The notes below the pieces were generated by a model that was not told the origin of the DNA, did no database searches, and saw nothing but the letters and a program-made list of their open reading frames with translations. A stretch of DNA of 64,000 nt from Ruditapes philippinarum. Its lineage: Eukaryota. The stretch spans positions 62,001 through 126,000 of the forward strand of contig NW_026856799.1 in the NCBI RefSeq assembly GCF_026571515.1, read 5' to 3'. Numbering within the stretch: the first letter of the stretch is position 1; each line of letters opens with the position of its first letter. Made by a program: the position numbers and the translations under genes. Positions 50,401-64,000 of the stretch are shown in pieces.

Positions 50401-53400
50401 AAAACTTATTGGACATGTTCTCATGATTTGAATTAATATCATTTGAGTTATATTTTGCCAAACACATTATATTTGTATATACAATATTTCTCTGATATGC
50501 ACGAATAAGGAAGAAACGTACATTCGTTTATTTTGCATTGAAAGTGTGATGTGATTTGTTTCTGTTATTAAATTTCGTTTTCGTTCACATATCATTAAGT
50601 TAGCACAGAATGAATATCCCTTTTCAGTGTTATACCTCGCAAATGAATTCTTTCTTCACTTCAAAAGGAGCAAACATTTATTAAGTAATGATTAGCAAAT
50701 ACATTTAAAATCATATTAAATTATCATTCACCGGAAAAAAGTAGTGCTTCATGCAGAAGCATATGTAAAGTAAAGGTAGTAAAGTGTAAAAAGAAGTGGT
50801 ATTTTGACTTTCATGCAAAACACCTAATAACAATATTTCTACATTTTGCAAAACAAAGGAAATGAAATCAAAAGATCTTTTAACTATAGGACAAAAGAAA
50901 TAGTTTTCATAAATTGTAAAAACAGAAATAATTTGTTGTTTTCAGATTTTCTGAAACATTTTAAAAATGTATGCTTCGGATTAAAGCAAAAAAAAAAGAA
51001 CGAAACATAAAAGTTGTCTTTTAAATGTAACACTTGTGGAGGATAAAAATGTGTATATATTTATAACAAGTAAAAAAATGGCTACATGTAAAAACATAAC
51101 GTTTCTTGTAATTATGTGAATTTTCGAAATATAACCGAAAGCTTTAACCATTAAGTTGTCACATTCCCATTACAGAACTACATTGTTATTATAATAAACT
51201 TCAATTTATTATCAATGTGACACATAAACCTCTAATAATTACTATAATCAGTTGTATTCTAACACATTAAGACAAAATTCATATCCAAAGGATTTGTTTA
51301 TTCATCATTTACGAACCTTAAAATTGTTCTTTTGTGAGAAACTTAGACAAAGGTTTATAAATAAATAGAACAATACGACGCCCAAGAATGTTTGAGTTTA
51401 TACAGTCATGTCTGGTAGTTTGACATGATTTCCAAAGAAAGACCTCGCTTAATAGATGGATTTTAGTGATGTATTGAAGTAGGTCATTTGCCTCAAAAAC
51501 ATGACCGACAATCTTTATGTTTTGTTATTGTAAATTGACCTCCTCTGTAAATTGTGCTATTGCTCGATGGGTTTGACAAAAAATGCTTTATAGGTGACAA
51601 TTACAGGCACACTTATAGAGTCAAATCATAACAGACAACATTGAAAAGAGCAGCATGTTTGTTCAATCAGTATAGAATCAGCGTGAATAATTAGTTAAAT
51701 TGTGGCATCCCTGGTGCCTTAGTATTTCTTTCCGTTTTTAGCTCGTTTTCGTACTTTTGGGGTTTGAAAGTTAATAAACCTATCTGAGTTCAATACAAAC
51801 AAAAAGATGTGTAATGATAATCAACAAATCATTTAAGTCCTTGGTTGAAGAGAAGAAGATGTAAGATTCTATGACTTTAGTTTTGGAAGTGATGATGGAA
51901 AAATTTTTAATTTTAATTTCAAAATTTCTTCCTAACATTAAGCGTCGATGCGTCCTGTGAACGTTGCCTTTGCATTGTTGATCTTAATTCTTGTCTTTTA
52001 TCTTTGTTCACATCAATGTTCAAAGGATAGGAAGCGCACATTTTCCATGCAATATAAAGAACGGAAGAAAGCGGATGTATTAAATCTTCTTTCCTTGTAC
52101 ACATGCTTTGGCAGATGCACGAAAAACATTCTTTAGCAGTCTATTACTTTTGAACTTCGAAGATTTTTGTGCAAAAAACATAACACGTATTCACACTTCT
52201 GCGATTGCAGCGGTAAACATCATTGATTTCCTATGCTGACTGTCTTAAATGGATAACATCATTATGATTGGTTTATGAGAGCTAATGTTTAAATCAGAAA
52301 TGTTTTAATACTACAGTTGTCGTCCTAATGTAAATACAGAATAATTAGAACAAGGAATTATACAACAGCAGTATCGCCACAGTGGGTAAACAAGGGGTTA
52401 CATGATACAGAATAATGATACATGTATAAGTATTGTTTGTGTTATAAATATATCTAAAATTGTAATCACGCAGATGGTTGCGTGTTATGAAATCATATTT
52501 ATCGTTTTTTGTTTTTTTTTCCAGTTAATCCAAAATCGTTATAAAATTTACTTAATGAATTTGTTCGTAGTTTATCCCTGTATTTTTATAAAATAAAACA
52601 AGAATGATTAAAGAATCAAATGCATTAATCACGTACAGTTTACCAAAGTGAATATATAAAATATACAATATATATGTATCGAACTGTTCAATGTTTGATA
52701 CTATACAGTACACACGTATACAGATTTTGTGCTCTAATTTGAGCATATTATACATGTAATACACCCCTGATGACATAATAAGCCGAAAGTACTTGGGTAT
52801 TTATACTTGAGCACTGTATAAACGTTTATTTTCTCCCAATTTATTGTTATTCGTATCCTTCTTGGGATCCAGTGTTTTTAAAGGTATTTTGTAGATGTAA
52901 ACATTTTTGTTAGTGTTTGATATATTCCTGTCTCACATCAAAGCGAGATATAAGACTCTTATATTTGTAGAATATTTGTAAACTATTCGTTATATTACTT
53001 ATAACATGAACGAAACTGTAACTTTGAAGTTTTAGTCTCTTTTTTTTGTTTATTTATTATCTATTTTATTTATTTATTTATTTATTATTCATTTATGTTT
53101 TGTTTTTTTATAATTATTATTTAATTTAAGGTATGTGTTGAGTTTATTTCAGCTCAAATTATAATTTTGCTCTCAAACATGTCATACAACTTATACAACA
53201 GGGATTAGTTTTACCTTATCTGCTACCAGATTAATGGTAGTTGGACATAACGATTGAAAACTGTGGTAATAAAAAATATGTTGAATATTTAATTTAGAAA
53301 AGAAAGACCACATCATATAAGCTGATCTTGGTGTTTATGTGATATGTGGTTGTCGGTGGTATCGTTCTGTGACAATCGCTCTCTTTCTTGATATTTGCGT

Positions 53401-54558
53401 TGATTTAACAATACAAGTTAATGTCGTGTCACGTGAGCTGATATTCTTCTGCTGAATCACGTCCGCTGATATTTCAATATACGTAGACGTGACCTAATTC
53501 CTAAAACAAAATAATGTACCTGTACTGAACATTCGTAAGGTCAAATCTTCCTTTTTAATGACTTTTAACGTTTGCTGAATAGATAATGCAAATCCAACAA
53601 CGTTTACAAAAATGGTTATTCTTACATTCTTTATAAATGCCTCATAAATGCCTGCTACAATTTTAAACAAAAAAGTTTAAAATAAAAGTTTATTGATTTC
53701 TTACCATTTCGTTCATTTGTAAGCAATCATTATCTCAATTACAATTTATTTTCTCTTGACTGCATGTTTGAAAGTTTATATCCAATAAACAAGAGATTAG
53801 TTAGCTAAACGGTTTACTTTTACTTTCTGGCTTTAGCGAAATTAATAATAGATTTTGTTTTTATACACAATACCTACAAAATTTCCTTCTCTCTTATTGT
53901 TTTTTCAATAATTCAAATAACAAAAAAACGAAAGAAAGCGACTGTTGCAAACTGTTCGGTTTTGTTTCAAATATTTAAAACTATTCGTTTAACTGCTTAT
54001 TACTTGAACGAAATTGTAAATTAGATTGTAAATTGTCAGTACTGTGTCTAAATATGTATTGTTCTTTCCTAGAAAGTGTTCAAATGTAGATCTGCTGTTC
54101 TTTTTAACAAAATTATTGTTAGAAGTTTGGAATGGAATATTACTAAAATCAAAGTATGTTATGTAATTCCTTTAGTCTAAAGGTATATAGCGAATATGCG
54201 ATTTCATTGTCAAAAAATTGTTCGACAAATAATCCTCACAAATGTTATTTTCATCCGAGGTATTAATGAATGATTATTCCGGTTAAAACCATAATTGAAA
54301 TTACGAAAAATTCTTTTTTCAGAAGTATCTTCCACATTGGTTTTTCTAAAACCCAAGTTTTAATAGCTCTATCTATAATAAGGTGCTGATACAAATTTTT
54401 GTTTATCTTTGCACTGTCGATTGCAATCACCCTATGCGGCCCACTTAACACGAATAACTGTAAGATAACCAAAATAACCCTGTACAACTAACAAGAACTA
54501 TACCCACAAATCACATGTATCACGCATTTTGCAAAATCTCAAATAAATACATGTACAT

Positions 54559-55138
54559 TTAAAACACTACTTCACTCTGGACAGACACTACCTTTAGCAT
54601 TTACTGAAAACTGTTTTCTGATATCAATGAATCGTCCATGTAGGCCATGCTGATAGGCAAATAGTTTTTCTCTAAGTTGAAATTTTGGGAAGCAAACTTT
54701 GTTTTACTCTAAATGAAACTAGCCTACGAGCATATATCAAGTTGATTTAATTTAAGAAATCGGGGCTTTAAAACCTGAACATTTTATTCAATTTACAATC
54801 TCAATTCATGTGTGTTAAATAACAGAAACATTTATTGCGCAACTTTCTCTATAAATCGGCCATTTGAAAATTAAAGCAACAAAGATCGAATCGAACCATC
54901 CATAATATTTGTAAAAACATAATTCATTAGATGTAACTTTATACCCTAATAAAGTTTCAAAAACACTCAGTATTGTAACTGTTATAGTCTCGATTTTGGC
55001 GGATGATACAGGCTACAGATGAAATTATCATTACATTATCAATCCCGTTTGTAAATTTTTTTTTTGCAAAAGTATGATTACCATAACACTATGTCAAATT
55101 ATCCACTTTGCTCACACATTTTTGATGGTAGCGTTTAA
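54559..55138. mobile_element. Possible Kolobok-like non-autonomous element
   Basis: ttaa-aacactac / gtagcgt-ttaa ends; lies within sequence unique to duplication copy II. Confidence 0.3.
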
Positions 55139-56179
55139 TTTGTTATGTCTGGGTTATACCTGAAATTCTATCTAAACATTAAATAAAAACAACAACATTT
55201 AATTTAGTATTTCAACAATCCATTTCAATGATTGGGACAGGTTGATTATCACTAGAGATAATTTGTCTGTCTAGACAAAACTGTTGCTAAAGGTAAATGA
55301 AATACTTTTATCGTTTCTGGCTCATTTTCCTTTGTATTCTTCAGAACACTTTCACACCTTTTTAATCTGGTCCTTGTAATGTTAAGATAATATTTGAAAA
55401 ATGTCGAAAGAAGGTCAGAAAAGTGAGGCAGTTTCTATTAAAAAAATAATTGCAAAGTATTATCTTAACAATTGTGCATACATGTCTACGATTTTTCTTC
55501 ATTGTTTAAGATAGTATCTGTCTTGTTACATTACTCACTGGTCGTTTAAACTTGTTTATGTAAAAAATTTATCATATACTAGTATTTTTCTTTTAAAGAA
55601 CAGGTGAACGATTTTATTCAACAGATCATTCGAATTCCTCAGACAGGTTTATTATCAATGCAGGGAAACTATATATGTAGACAAGGCAATTGTATGAAAC
55701 TTATGAAATCGAGTTCTATGTTCCTTTCGGGCGTTATCTAATTGAATATCTATTTCGGACATGTATTGTAGATTATTTCACACTTTTGCAGTTGATACAT
55801 ATATTTAAAAAGGTTTAGATGAACAAGGACGGTAGTCCTGAACCAGGGCTTGCAAACAAGTCCATGAATATGCTCCTTTAAAACGTAGCTGCAACACTTA
55901 CAATTGTTTCCGTTTTAAAAGATCGAGCGAAGTTTTATTTCGTCCACTGTAAGATTTATCCGCATGATATTTTTTGCATTATACTTCATAACAGCAGATG
56001 TCGTGTGGCAGCTGTAAAAAATTGCCCCGTACTTAACTTCAGTGTTGCTATATGTTTCTGGTCCTTCGGGGTCATTGATGCGTGTAGTATTAAATGTTAT
56101 TTATTTATTTAATTATTTATTTATTTATTTATTTATTTACATGTTTGTTTGATTTTGTTTATTTGTTGCTTACATATTT

Positions 56180-56229
56180 TTTGTTTTGGGTTTTACGTCA
56201 CATCGACACAGTATAGGCACCTGAGTAGA
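56180..56229 (-). mobile_element. 50-bp truncated SINE with 8-bp TSD
   Basis: Flanked by ACATATTT (56172-79, 56230-37); the paralogous empty site at ~46458 has a single ACATATTT. Confidence 0.8.
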
Positions 56230-59200
56230 ACATATTTAAAACGTATTTAAAAACCAACACAACTGTCCTTTTTGACCAATTTTATGTTCACTAAATTAAG
56301 GGAATTAGGAGAATATGGCAGGATCCTGATTTATGATTTAAGAATTCTGAAGTATTCTTTTATGTCTTGTTGTGTTAATGATGTTTATTTCAAAAACCAA
56401 ATCAATGACAAAGATCTGAAGACATTTGTAGACCAGAACTAAATAGAAGAAATGTCCAAACTCTGATAGGCATAAACGGTAGATACGATAAATCACTGTA
56501 AAAGCAATATAAAAAATAGAGATTCATTAAAATAAATTGTAAACCAAAACATAATATGCTGAAAATAAAAAAGGAATATTGATTATATTAAGTGAATACA
56601 GAAATATCTCTTGAAATGTGTTACATCTCTTACTCTGTAGTCTTTAAAGTCATATTAAAACGTGATTGTTGTGAACTGTCATTGAGCTATTCTTCTGTCA
56701 ATTTGTAATGTTTAGAAATATCCATGTTCAATTTAATGATTTAAAGTATTTCTTCCGGAAATCGAGCATCATTCATTTGTGTACGCATCAATTTACAATA
56801 ATTATTAATTTCCGTCGATGTTTATTAAACACATTAACAACGCTGTTTTATAATGGCTTTCTACTGATAAATTGATTATATCCAATAATTATGACTGGTT
56901 TATGAGATCACATACAGTTGTACTATATGGCTTGGCATTAAATGTGTCGTCCTTGTGTTAAATCATTTTCAATGGGTTTTAAAGGAACCAACATTGTCAT
57001 GGAACTCAAAGGATAATTTACAAGTAGGATTTAGAATAAATAATTAGCACAATTATAGTTAATGCATGAGAAAAAAGAATGTGCTCTCAACCGGAAACTA
57101 ATTATAAGTCTTTGATTTTAAATAATATATTCAATTATTTTGACTGAGTACTGTACATATGTACATGATCTGTATATATAGAAATATCTTTTAATTGATT
57201 TGTTTGTTTTTTCAATACATTGTTGAATCAAGTACTAGCAAAATAATACTATTAACGAAGACTACCTTTCCAGGGGCAAACATTACTTTGACAGTATTAC
57301 AAATAAAGGGAACCACACATGCATATTAGCGAGTAAAGTATAGAAACATTTAGAATATGTTAAGCGATTGATCTAGCTTCATTTGATCAATATATATTGA
57401 ATATGTTAGCAATTATAAACTGTGTTTGGTTTTAAGGTAATAATACTAAAAAACTTTTCTTCATCCGAAAACATTAATTCAGTGCCGGGTGTCTGGTTTA
57501 GGTCTGAAGTGTCTTTATAAATATTTTGAATAAAGGTTGTGAATAATAATACAGCAATCCAGTCAAGATTTATTTATTGGATCCGTATTGTACAGAAATG
57601 ATTGTTAATGCTATAGATTATAAATCTATTTCAATCAGATTCATCAGAGGTATAGATTATATCAGAGTTACGCCATCTATTAGTTATTTAGGTAAAACGA
57701 TTCCATACAAGTTCCAAGCAGACCAGTTTATAGGTCTTTCCGTGCGTATTAGAAAGGATATTTTCGAATTTAAGATCGAACGAAGTTTTATTTCGTCCGC
57801 AGTTAGATTAGTTTGAATCAATTTATTTGCATTTTATCATTTATTGACTTATTGATTTATTGATTTATTTATTTTTTATCAATGTATTTAAAAGCAACAC
57901 AATTGTTCTTTATAAGAAAACGATGACATTTTATGCCAACTAAATTATGTGAATTTGGAGTATAAGACAGGGAGTTGGTTCGTGATTTTAGAATTATGAA
58001 GTAATCTTCAATCAGTACTTTGTTACATCTGTTGCCCAGTTTACTTTAAAACTCTTTTGTTGTAAACTGTCAATGACCTATTTTTTCTGTCAATTTTGTA
58101 ATGTTTATACAAATGCATGTTCAATTTAACAGTTTAAAATATTTCTTCCGGAAGTCGAGCATCATTCATTTTTGTACGCACGGTGTTTTGTAATGGCTTT
58201 TTACTGATAAATTGATTATATCCAATAATTATGACTGGTTTATGAGATCACATACAGTTGTACTATATGGCTTGACATTAAATGTGTCGACTTTGTGTTA
58301 AATCATTCACATGTTTTTAAATAAACCAACACTGTCATGGAACTCAAAGGATAATTTACAAGTAGGATTTAGATTTTACAAAAGTTAAAGTATGAGAAAT
58401 TAATATGTACTCTCAATCGGGAACTAATTCTATATCTTTATTTTTAACATTCTATTCAATTATTTTGACTTAAAATTCAGAATGTGTACTGATTGAAATC
58501 TAGACATATACATGATATGTTCAGAGAGAAAGATAAAATCTAATAATTAATAATTATTATATTTTGTTCAATTAATTGTCGGATCAAGTACTTACAAAAT
58601 TATTTTTAAGGTGGACCATCTTTCCACAGGCATGAAATTACTTGCCAGTATTACAAATAAAGGGGATCACACATGCTTAACAGCAAGTAAAGTGCATAAT
58701 CATTTGGAATATGTCAAGCGATTGATTTAGTTTCATTTGCACAATAGATACTGAATACTTTAGCAGTTATAAACTGCGTAAGGTTTTAAGGCAATAATAC
58801 CAAAGAAACATATTTAACAGAAAACTTTGTGTCAGGAATACAGCACCCGTTTCGGTCTGTCAAAATTATATCAGAAACAACGGACGGCCGTATATCTGAA
58901 AGGTCTATGTAGATATTTTGAATAAAGAGTGTATATGATAATACAGCAAATCAATCAAGATTAGTTTATTAGATCCGGATTTTGAAGAACAGTTTGTGCT
59001 ATAGATTATAAATATTTTTCAGATGCTTGCGTGTTATGAGATCAGATTTATCGTTTTTTCTGAGTTACACCAACACTATTTAGGAAAAACATTCCGTGAA
59101 CGTTCTACGCGGACATGTTTATAGGTTATGTTAATCGATAAATCAAATGTATTTATCACAACACAAAATAATTATAATTTAAATGATTGCCGTTTCGTTT

Positions 59201-61614
59201 CTTTGTTGTTGTTGTTTGCTGTTGTTTTTTTTTTTTGGTTTGTTTTTTGGGTTTTCTTGGAGGGGGTGTGGTGGGGAGGGGGTAGTCGTTCAGTTTTAAT
59301 AACTAAAATAAGTGACAAATTTATATATCTACAATGTTCTTTCATGACCCTGGCGTTAGCGTTGACGTACCTGTCAGCGTCGGTTAACCTATTCATTAAG
59401 GTCCATTTCTCAGAAGAAACTATTCACTTAAAGATTGTACGCACTTGTAATGTTTAATGCCATTAAAGCAAGACATTTCAAAAGTGCAGACTGATATTCC
59501 TTAAATTATTTTTGGCAAAGTGATGTCACTTTTTCTACCTTTTGTTCCGTAAGCTATAGCTATATTACCCATTTTGACAGTACTTGAATATAGGCGAATA
59601 AAAATAACACATTTATTTCTTCTGTAAGCTAATTGTCTAGGGCCCCTTTATTCATAAAAGTGTTCCACATAAGTTTTTTCTTTGGTATCATTAGAATTGT
59701 TCCCGTTTTTAAAGTTATGTATTACTAATTTCTGTATTGCTGCGTGATTATGTTAAATCAATGTAAAAAATGTGAAAAAGGACATTGCTCAAGACTTTTG
59801 TAAACCAGAACTAAACAGGTGAAAAGTGTAAACTATGATTGAGTATAATCAGTAGATACGTTAACAATTTGTGAACTATGCATCTGTTGCTATGTAGTCA
59901 TATTAATACTTGTTTGTTATTGAGCTATTTTTTCTGTCAATTTGAAATGTTTAGAAGATTCCATGTTTAAAATATTTCTTCCGGAAATCGAGCATTATTC
60001 ATTTTTTGTACGCATCATTTAACAATAATTATAAATTTCCGTCGATGTTTATTAAACACATTAACAACGCTGTTTTGTAATGGCTTTCTATTGATAAATT
60101 GATTATATCCAATAATTATGACTGGTTTATGAGATAAATTGTGTTAAATTATTTTCAATGGATTTTAAAGGAACCAACACTGTCACAGAACTCGAAGAAT
60201 AATTTACATGAAGGATCTACGACAATTAGTTATTATAAAAGTTAATGTATGAGAAACAATATTGTACTCTCAACCGAAACTAATTCTATATCGTTGATTT
60301 GAAATAATAATCTATTCTATTATTTTGACTTAAAGTTCTGAGTACTGATTTTAATTTACACATGAACATGATCTGTATATAAAGAAATATCGTATAATTG
60401 ATTTGTTTTTGTTCATTTAATTGTTGAATCAAGTACTAACAAAATGATACTATTAACGAAGACTATCTTTCCAGAGGCATGAGTATTACAAATAAAGGGA
60501 ATCACACATGCATATCAGCGAGTAATGTGTAAAAACATTTGGAATATGTAAAACGATTGATTTAGTTTCATTTGAACAATATATATTGAATACTTTAGCA
60601 ATCAGAATCCGAGAATGGATTAAAGGAAATAGCACCTAAAAATTTTTTTCTTATCAGAAAACTTTATTTCAGGAATACATAATCTGTTTCGATCAGTCAA
60701 AATTATATCAGAAATAATGTACGGCCAGAGCGTGTCTGGTTTAAATCTGAAAAGTCTTTATAGATATTTTAAATAAAGGGTATACATGATAATGCAGCAA
60801 TCCAATCAAGATTAATTTATTTGATCCGGATTGTACAGGAATGATTATTAGTGCTATAGATTATAAATCTATTTCAATCAGAAATCAATCAGCTTGCGTG
60901 TTATGAAATCAGATTCAGAATTATTTCTGAGTTACGCCAACAATATTTAGAGAAAACGATCCGTAAAGTTCCAGGCAGACATGTTTGTAGTTTTTTCGTT
61001 CATATTTATCACGAACGTTATATTGATCAATGAATCAAATGCATTTATCATATATTTTAACACAATACATTCATGTAAATAATTGTCGTTTTGTTTGTTT
61101 TCGGTTTTCTTGATTTTTGTTGTGGTTGTTTTTTGTTGTTTTGCTTTTTTTCCTTTGTTTTTATGGTTGTATTTTGTTGTTGTTGTTTTTTATAGTCGTT
61201 CAATTTTAACGACTAAAGAAGTAACAAATTAATGAATCTACAAAGCATGTTTCATAAAAAAAGAATGTTCTTGACCATTACCAAAATATAATGTAATGTA
61301 ATGTAAAGCGTTTTTCGATTTTGAATTATATAGAAACTGTATATACTGTTATATCTACTGACAACCTTACTCTTGCTAAGCTCTTACTATATTTTATAAT
61401 TCTCAATTTTCATGACCTTATCGTTGCGTTGGTGTCCACGTTGGTGTCGATTAACCTAAAAGTTCCTTTTCCCGATACTCAAAAACCATTCACTTAAAAC
61501 TTTGTACACACTCGTCATGTTAAATGTCATTAAAGGATGACATTACAAAAGTGCAGATAATCCTAAAATTATCTTTTTGCAAAGGTTTTCTACCTTCCTT
61601 TTATTTAATTATCT

Positions 61615-62440
61615 TATAGACTTATAGACACTTTTGTCAAAATTTGGCATATTGATATGGAAAACAATAATGTTTTAGATTTTACAAATATCAAACACAA
61701 TTTTACATATGAACAATACTTAGACATTTTGCCAATCAATTTGAGATTTAAATTATTAATATCAGAATATTTTCTTATCCTTTACTTATTCATCATGTTC
61801 ATACTGGCAGGTTTGGAAATGGTATAGGTTACTTAGGAATGAACATTATTGTGTCTATTCTAACAAGCATGATATGGAAGACGAATATCATTTCATAATC
61901 ATTTGTCAATGTTATGAAGAGCTTAGAAAAACATATATTAAACCTAATAACTAGGTTAGACCTAGCGTTCATAAGTGTTTAGATCTTTTGGTTTATGCAG
62001 AATTTATTTTAGTCCGATTGTGTAGGAAGCTATAAGCTTATAGACACACTTTCGAATCTGTTGCTGGAACCAACCAGTACTGAGCAATGAGTGTAAAGTT
62101 TCTTGCTCGAGGAAACAACGGCTTGCCCCTGACGGGGTTTGAACCCATGCGGCTCATTAGATTACTAGTCCGACGCGTTAACCACTCGGCCATGCCGCCA
62201 CTTAGATTGTTTAAATTCAATAAACAAGTTGCTTTTGAAAAATTTAGCTTTGTATTTCAAACAGGCATTATCTCTTAGAAATACATTTACTTACAATTGA
62301 TTGAAGTTAATCCTCATAAGATAACTGATAGGAAATGTAAATATGTTATTTCACTGTGAAAATTATGCATATTGGATATTGTAAATTGTATAAATTTATA
62401 TACGTGATGATGTACTTATTTTACAAGTCAAGAATAAAAT
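61615..62440 (+). mobile_element. RTEX-like LINE 3' fragment split by a SINE
   Basis: LIDTFVKIW..YEQYLDILP..TGRFG..DMEDEYHF..CQCYEELRKTYIKP..RPSVHKCLD|CLNSINKLLLKNLALYFKQALSLRN; AATAAA at ~62433. Confidence 0.8.
61985..62201 (-). mobile_element. Full-length tRNA-derived CORE-like SINE
   Basis: A-box 'tggccgagtggttaa', B-box 'gggttcaaacccc', CORE-like 'cctcgagcaagaaactttacactcattgctcagt'; TSD TTAGAT (61979-84, 62202-07). Confidence 0.88.
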
Positions 62441-62505
62441 TGTTGTTCTTTTCTGTTTATTTAATTATAAAGAACTGAGAGAAGATGACCAGGTTGTCCT
62501 CGGAC

Positions 62506-62850
62506 AAAATAGAGAAAAACAGAATCCCTAATGAGAGCCCAACACGGCAACATTGTAAAATGTTGTAATGAAAGCCCAACACGGCAACATTGTAAAATGT
62601 TGTAATGAAAGCCCAACACGGCAACATTGTAAAATGTTGCAGGCTCGGTTTTTATTGAGCCTGTTTATGGACGGTACTTGAAAGTGCAAGTTAACGTCCA
62701 CGCCCCTCAGCACCGGCTTTAGAAGAATTCAACATTTTAACACAACAAATGGTTAAATTTTGAATTTAGAAACATCCGCAGATGTGTTCATACGGCGGTT
62801 ATCATGGAACCTGCAATGTGACACAGTAGTGTCATTCCATGAAAAGCGGC
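62506..62850 (-). mobile_element. Fragment of the CTAG-terminal element with an internal 37-bp x3 minisatellite
   Basis: Reverse complement matches 30847-31113; 37-bp unit at 62530, 62567 and 62604. Confidence 0.88.
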
Positions 62851-62855
62851 TTAAG

Positions 62856-62990
62856 TCTTGGTTTATACAAATTTATTTTAGTTCGATTGTGTTGGAAGCT
62901 ATAAGCTTATTGAAACACTCTCGAATCCGTTCCTGGAACCAACCAGTACTAAGCAATGAATGTAAAGTTTCTTGCTCAAGGAAACAACCG
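62856..62990 (-). mobile_element. 5'-truncated CORE-like SINE
   Basis: Closely matches 61986-62120 but lacks the tRNA head. Confidence 0.85.
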
Positions 62991-63933
62991 CTTGCTTAAA
63001 CATTTTTAGAAAGGAAATATATGTCAAGGAAAAGATAACAGTAAATTCCCAGATGTGCAAATGCAAAGTTGGCAGGACAAGAGCCATTTAATTACTGTAA
63101 CAATAACATAGACACGAAAATATATATAAGAGTTGTTTAATCAAGTATAAGTTAATTTCTGCAATAAACGTGTCACAATCACATTAAACGATACTGTAAT
63201 TTACGCTAATCTTCTAATAGTTTCAACAACGCAAGTGAAACTTGACATGTGCTTTATATCAATGGCATTTTCTAATAATAGATAAAGACACTTTCTTAAT
63301 GATAAAAAATCATTTATTTATCACATTGTTTAAAATGACCGATGTTATTGACTTCTGTTAACATGGTTAAAACAGTAGTCCGTGTAACAATCTTGTTTGT
63401 AATTTTTTCATTATTGTATACCTATCCCGCGTTAAAAAGTACATTATATATAATAAATTACACATTATGTTAGATATTCGTTATCATCTGTATTTTGTAT
63501 GAACAGCCACTTTCTAACAAAGTTGTTAACTAACTAGTTAACTAACTCTTCTACTTTACATTAATCATATTTTGGGCCCTACGTGAAAGAACAGTCACAG
63601 TTTGTTTTGGCAATTATTGTATATCACTCTACTTATTATAATACTGTTACTAGAAGTAGTTAGATTCAGATCGGTTTACCTACAGATCCAATAACTTCTA
63701 AATTTTCAAAAACTATCATATGACAAAGTTGTTCTTCAGATTTAACACAAAAGTATACAATCACATATTTTAAATAGTTAATACGTGTGGCGTGGGTGCA
63801 ACGCTATTATTCTTAAACAAAATGTTTTTTTTTTCTTTAGAAAAAGTAAGAGTAAGCTCCCCTTATTGTGATTATTAAGCCGTAGGCAGTTTGTTCACAA
63901 TGGCACTTCCGTTATTGTTGCGTTTTCTTACAG

Positions 63934-64000
63934 AGGATGGTACTACCGATCAAAAAGTCGTCTAAAAACAGGAAGACAGTCGTGCAACCTCAATGGATGG
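63934..64000 (+). other. Candidate exon running off the window edge
   Basis: Strong acceptor 'gttgcgttttcttacag'; two open frames (RMVLPIKKSSKNRKTVVQPQWM or GWYYRSKSRLKTGRQSCNLNGW); GTAAG donors 82-88 nt upstream. No recognisable homology. Confidence 0.2.

Larger units (their letters stand above)
51286..61600 (+). repeat. Segmental duplication, copy II, plus extra tandem C modules (56097-57750, 57830-59330, 59785-61270)
   Basis: The C core 'ttcttccggaa.tcgagcat.attcat...tgataaattgattatatccaa.aattatgactggtttatgag' occurs at 46984, 56750, 58143 and 59976. Confidence 0.92.

Noticed and set aside
62120-62200. tRNA gene (also 2565-2640, 3840-3915, 8725-8795)
   Set aside because: A/B boxes are followed by SINE bodies and tails, and the cloverleaf stems are broken.
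62530-62640. CRISPR-like 37-bp repeats
   Set aside because: The repeats are contiguous with no spacers, there are no cas genes, and the context is a eukaryotic transposon.

Overview
Very AT-rich eukaryotic DNA. The repeat families (tRNA-derived CORE/Meta/Nin-like SINEs, Helentron-associated 'tgaccttgacct' and (GACG)n elements, RTEX- and CR1/L2-like LINE remnants) point to a mollusc, probably a bivalve; this is inference from motif recall, not a database search. I can support no intact host protein-coding gene, rRNA, real tRNA, CRISPR array or prokaryote-type system. The window is a mosaic of decayed transposons: a full-length dead mariner (16721-18037), a PIF/Harbinger deletion derivative with a transposase remnant (12462-14046), LINE fragments, SINEs, MITEs and a Crypton-like hairpin element. 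It also contains several layers of local duplication: 18-20.5 kb, 37.8-41.3 kb, a nested array at 44.6-61.6 kb, and an old inverted paralogy between 0.4-4.4 kb and 34-41 kb. The best-supported discovery is a ~7.7 kb inversion (24528-32265). Flipping it back simultaneously rejoins a CR1/L2 ORF2 in frame, a short-TIR TA-inserting element and a Helentron-associated element. That reconstruction also defines the termini of an unclassified, tandem-forming ~650 bp element (CTAGTAA...TTACTAG). Possible small-peptide or micro-exon signals exist but are weak.
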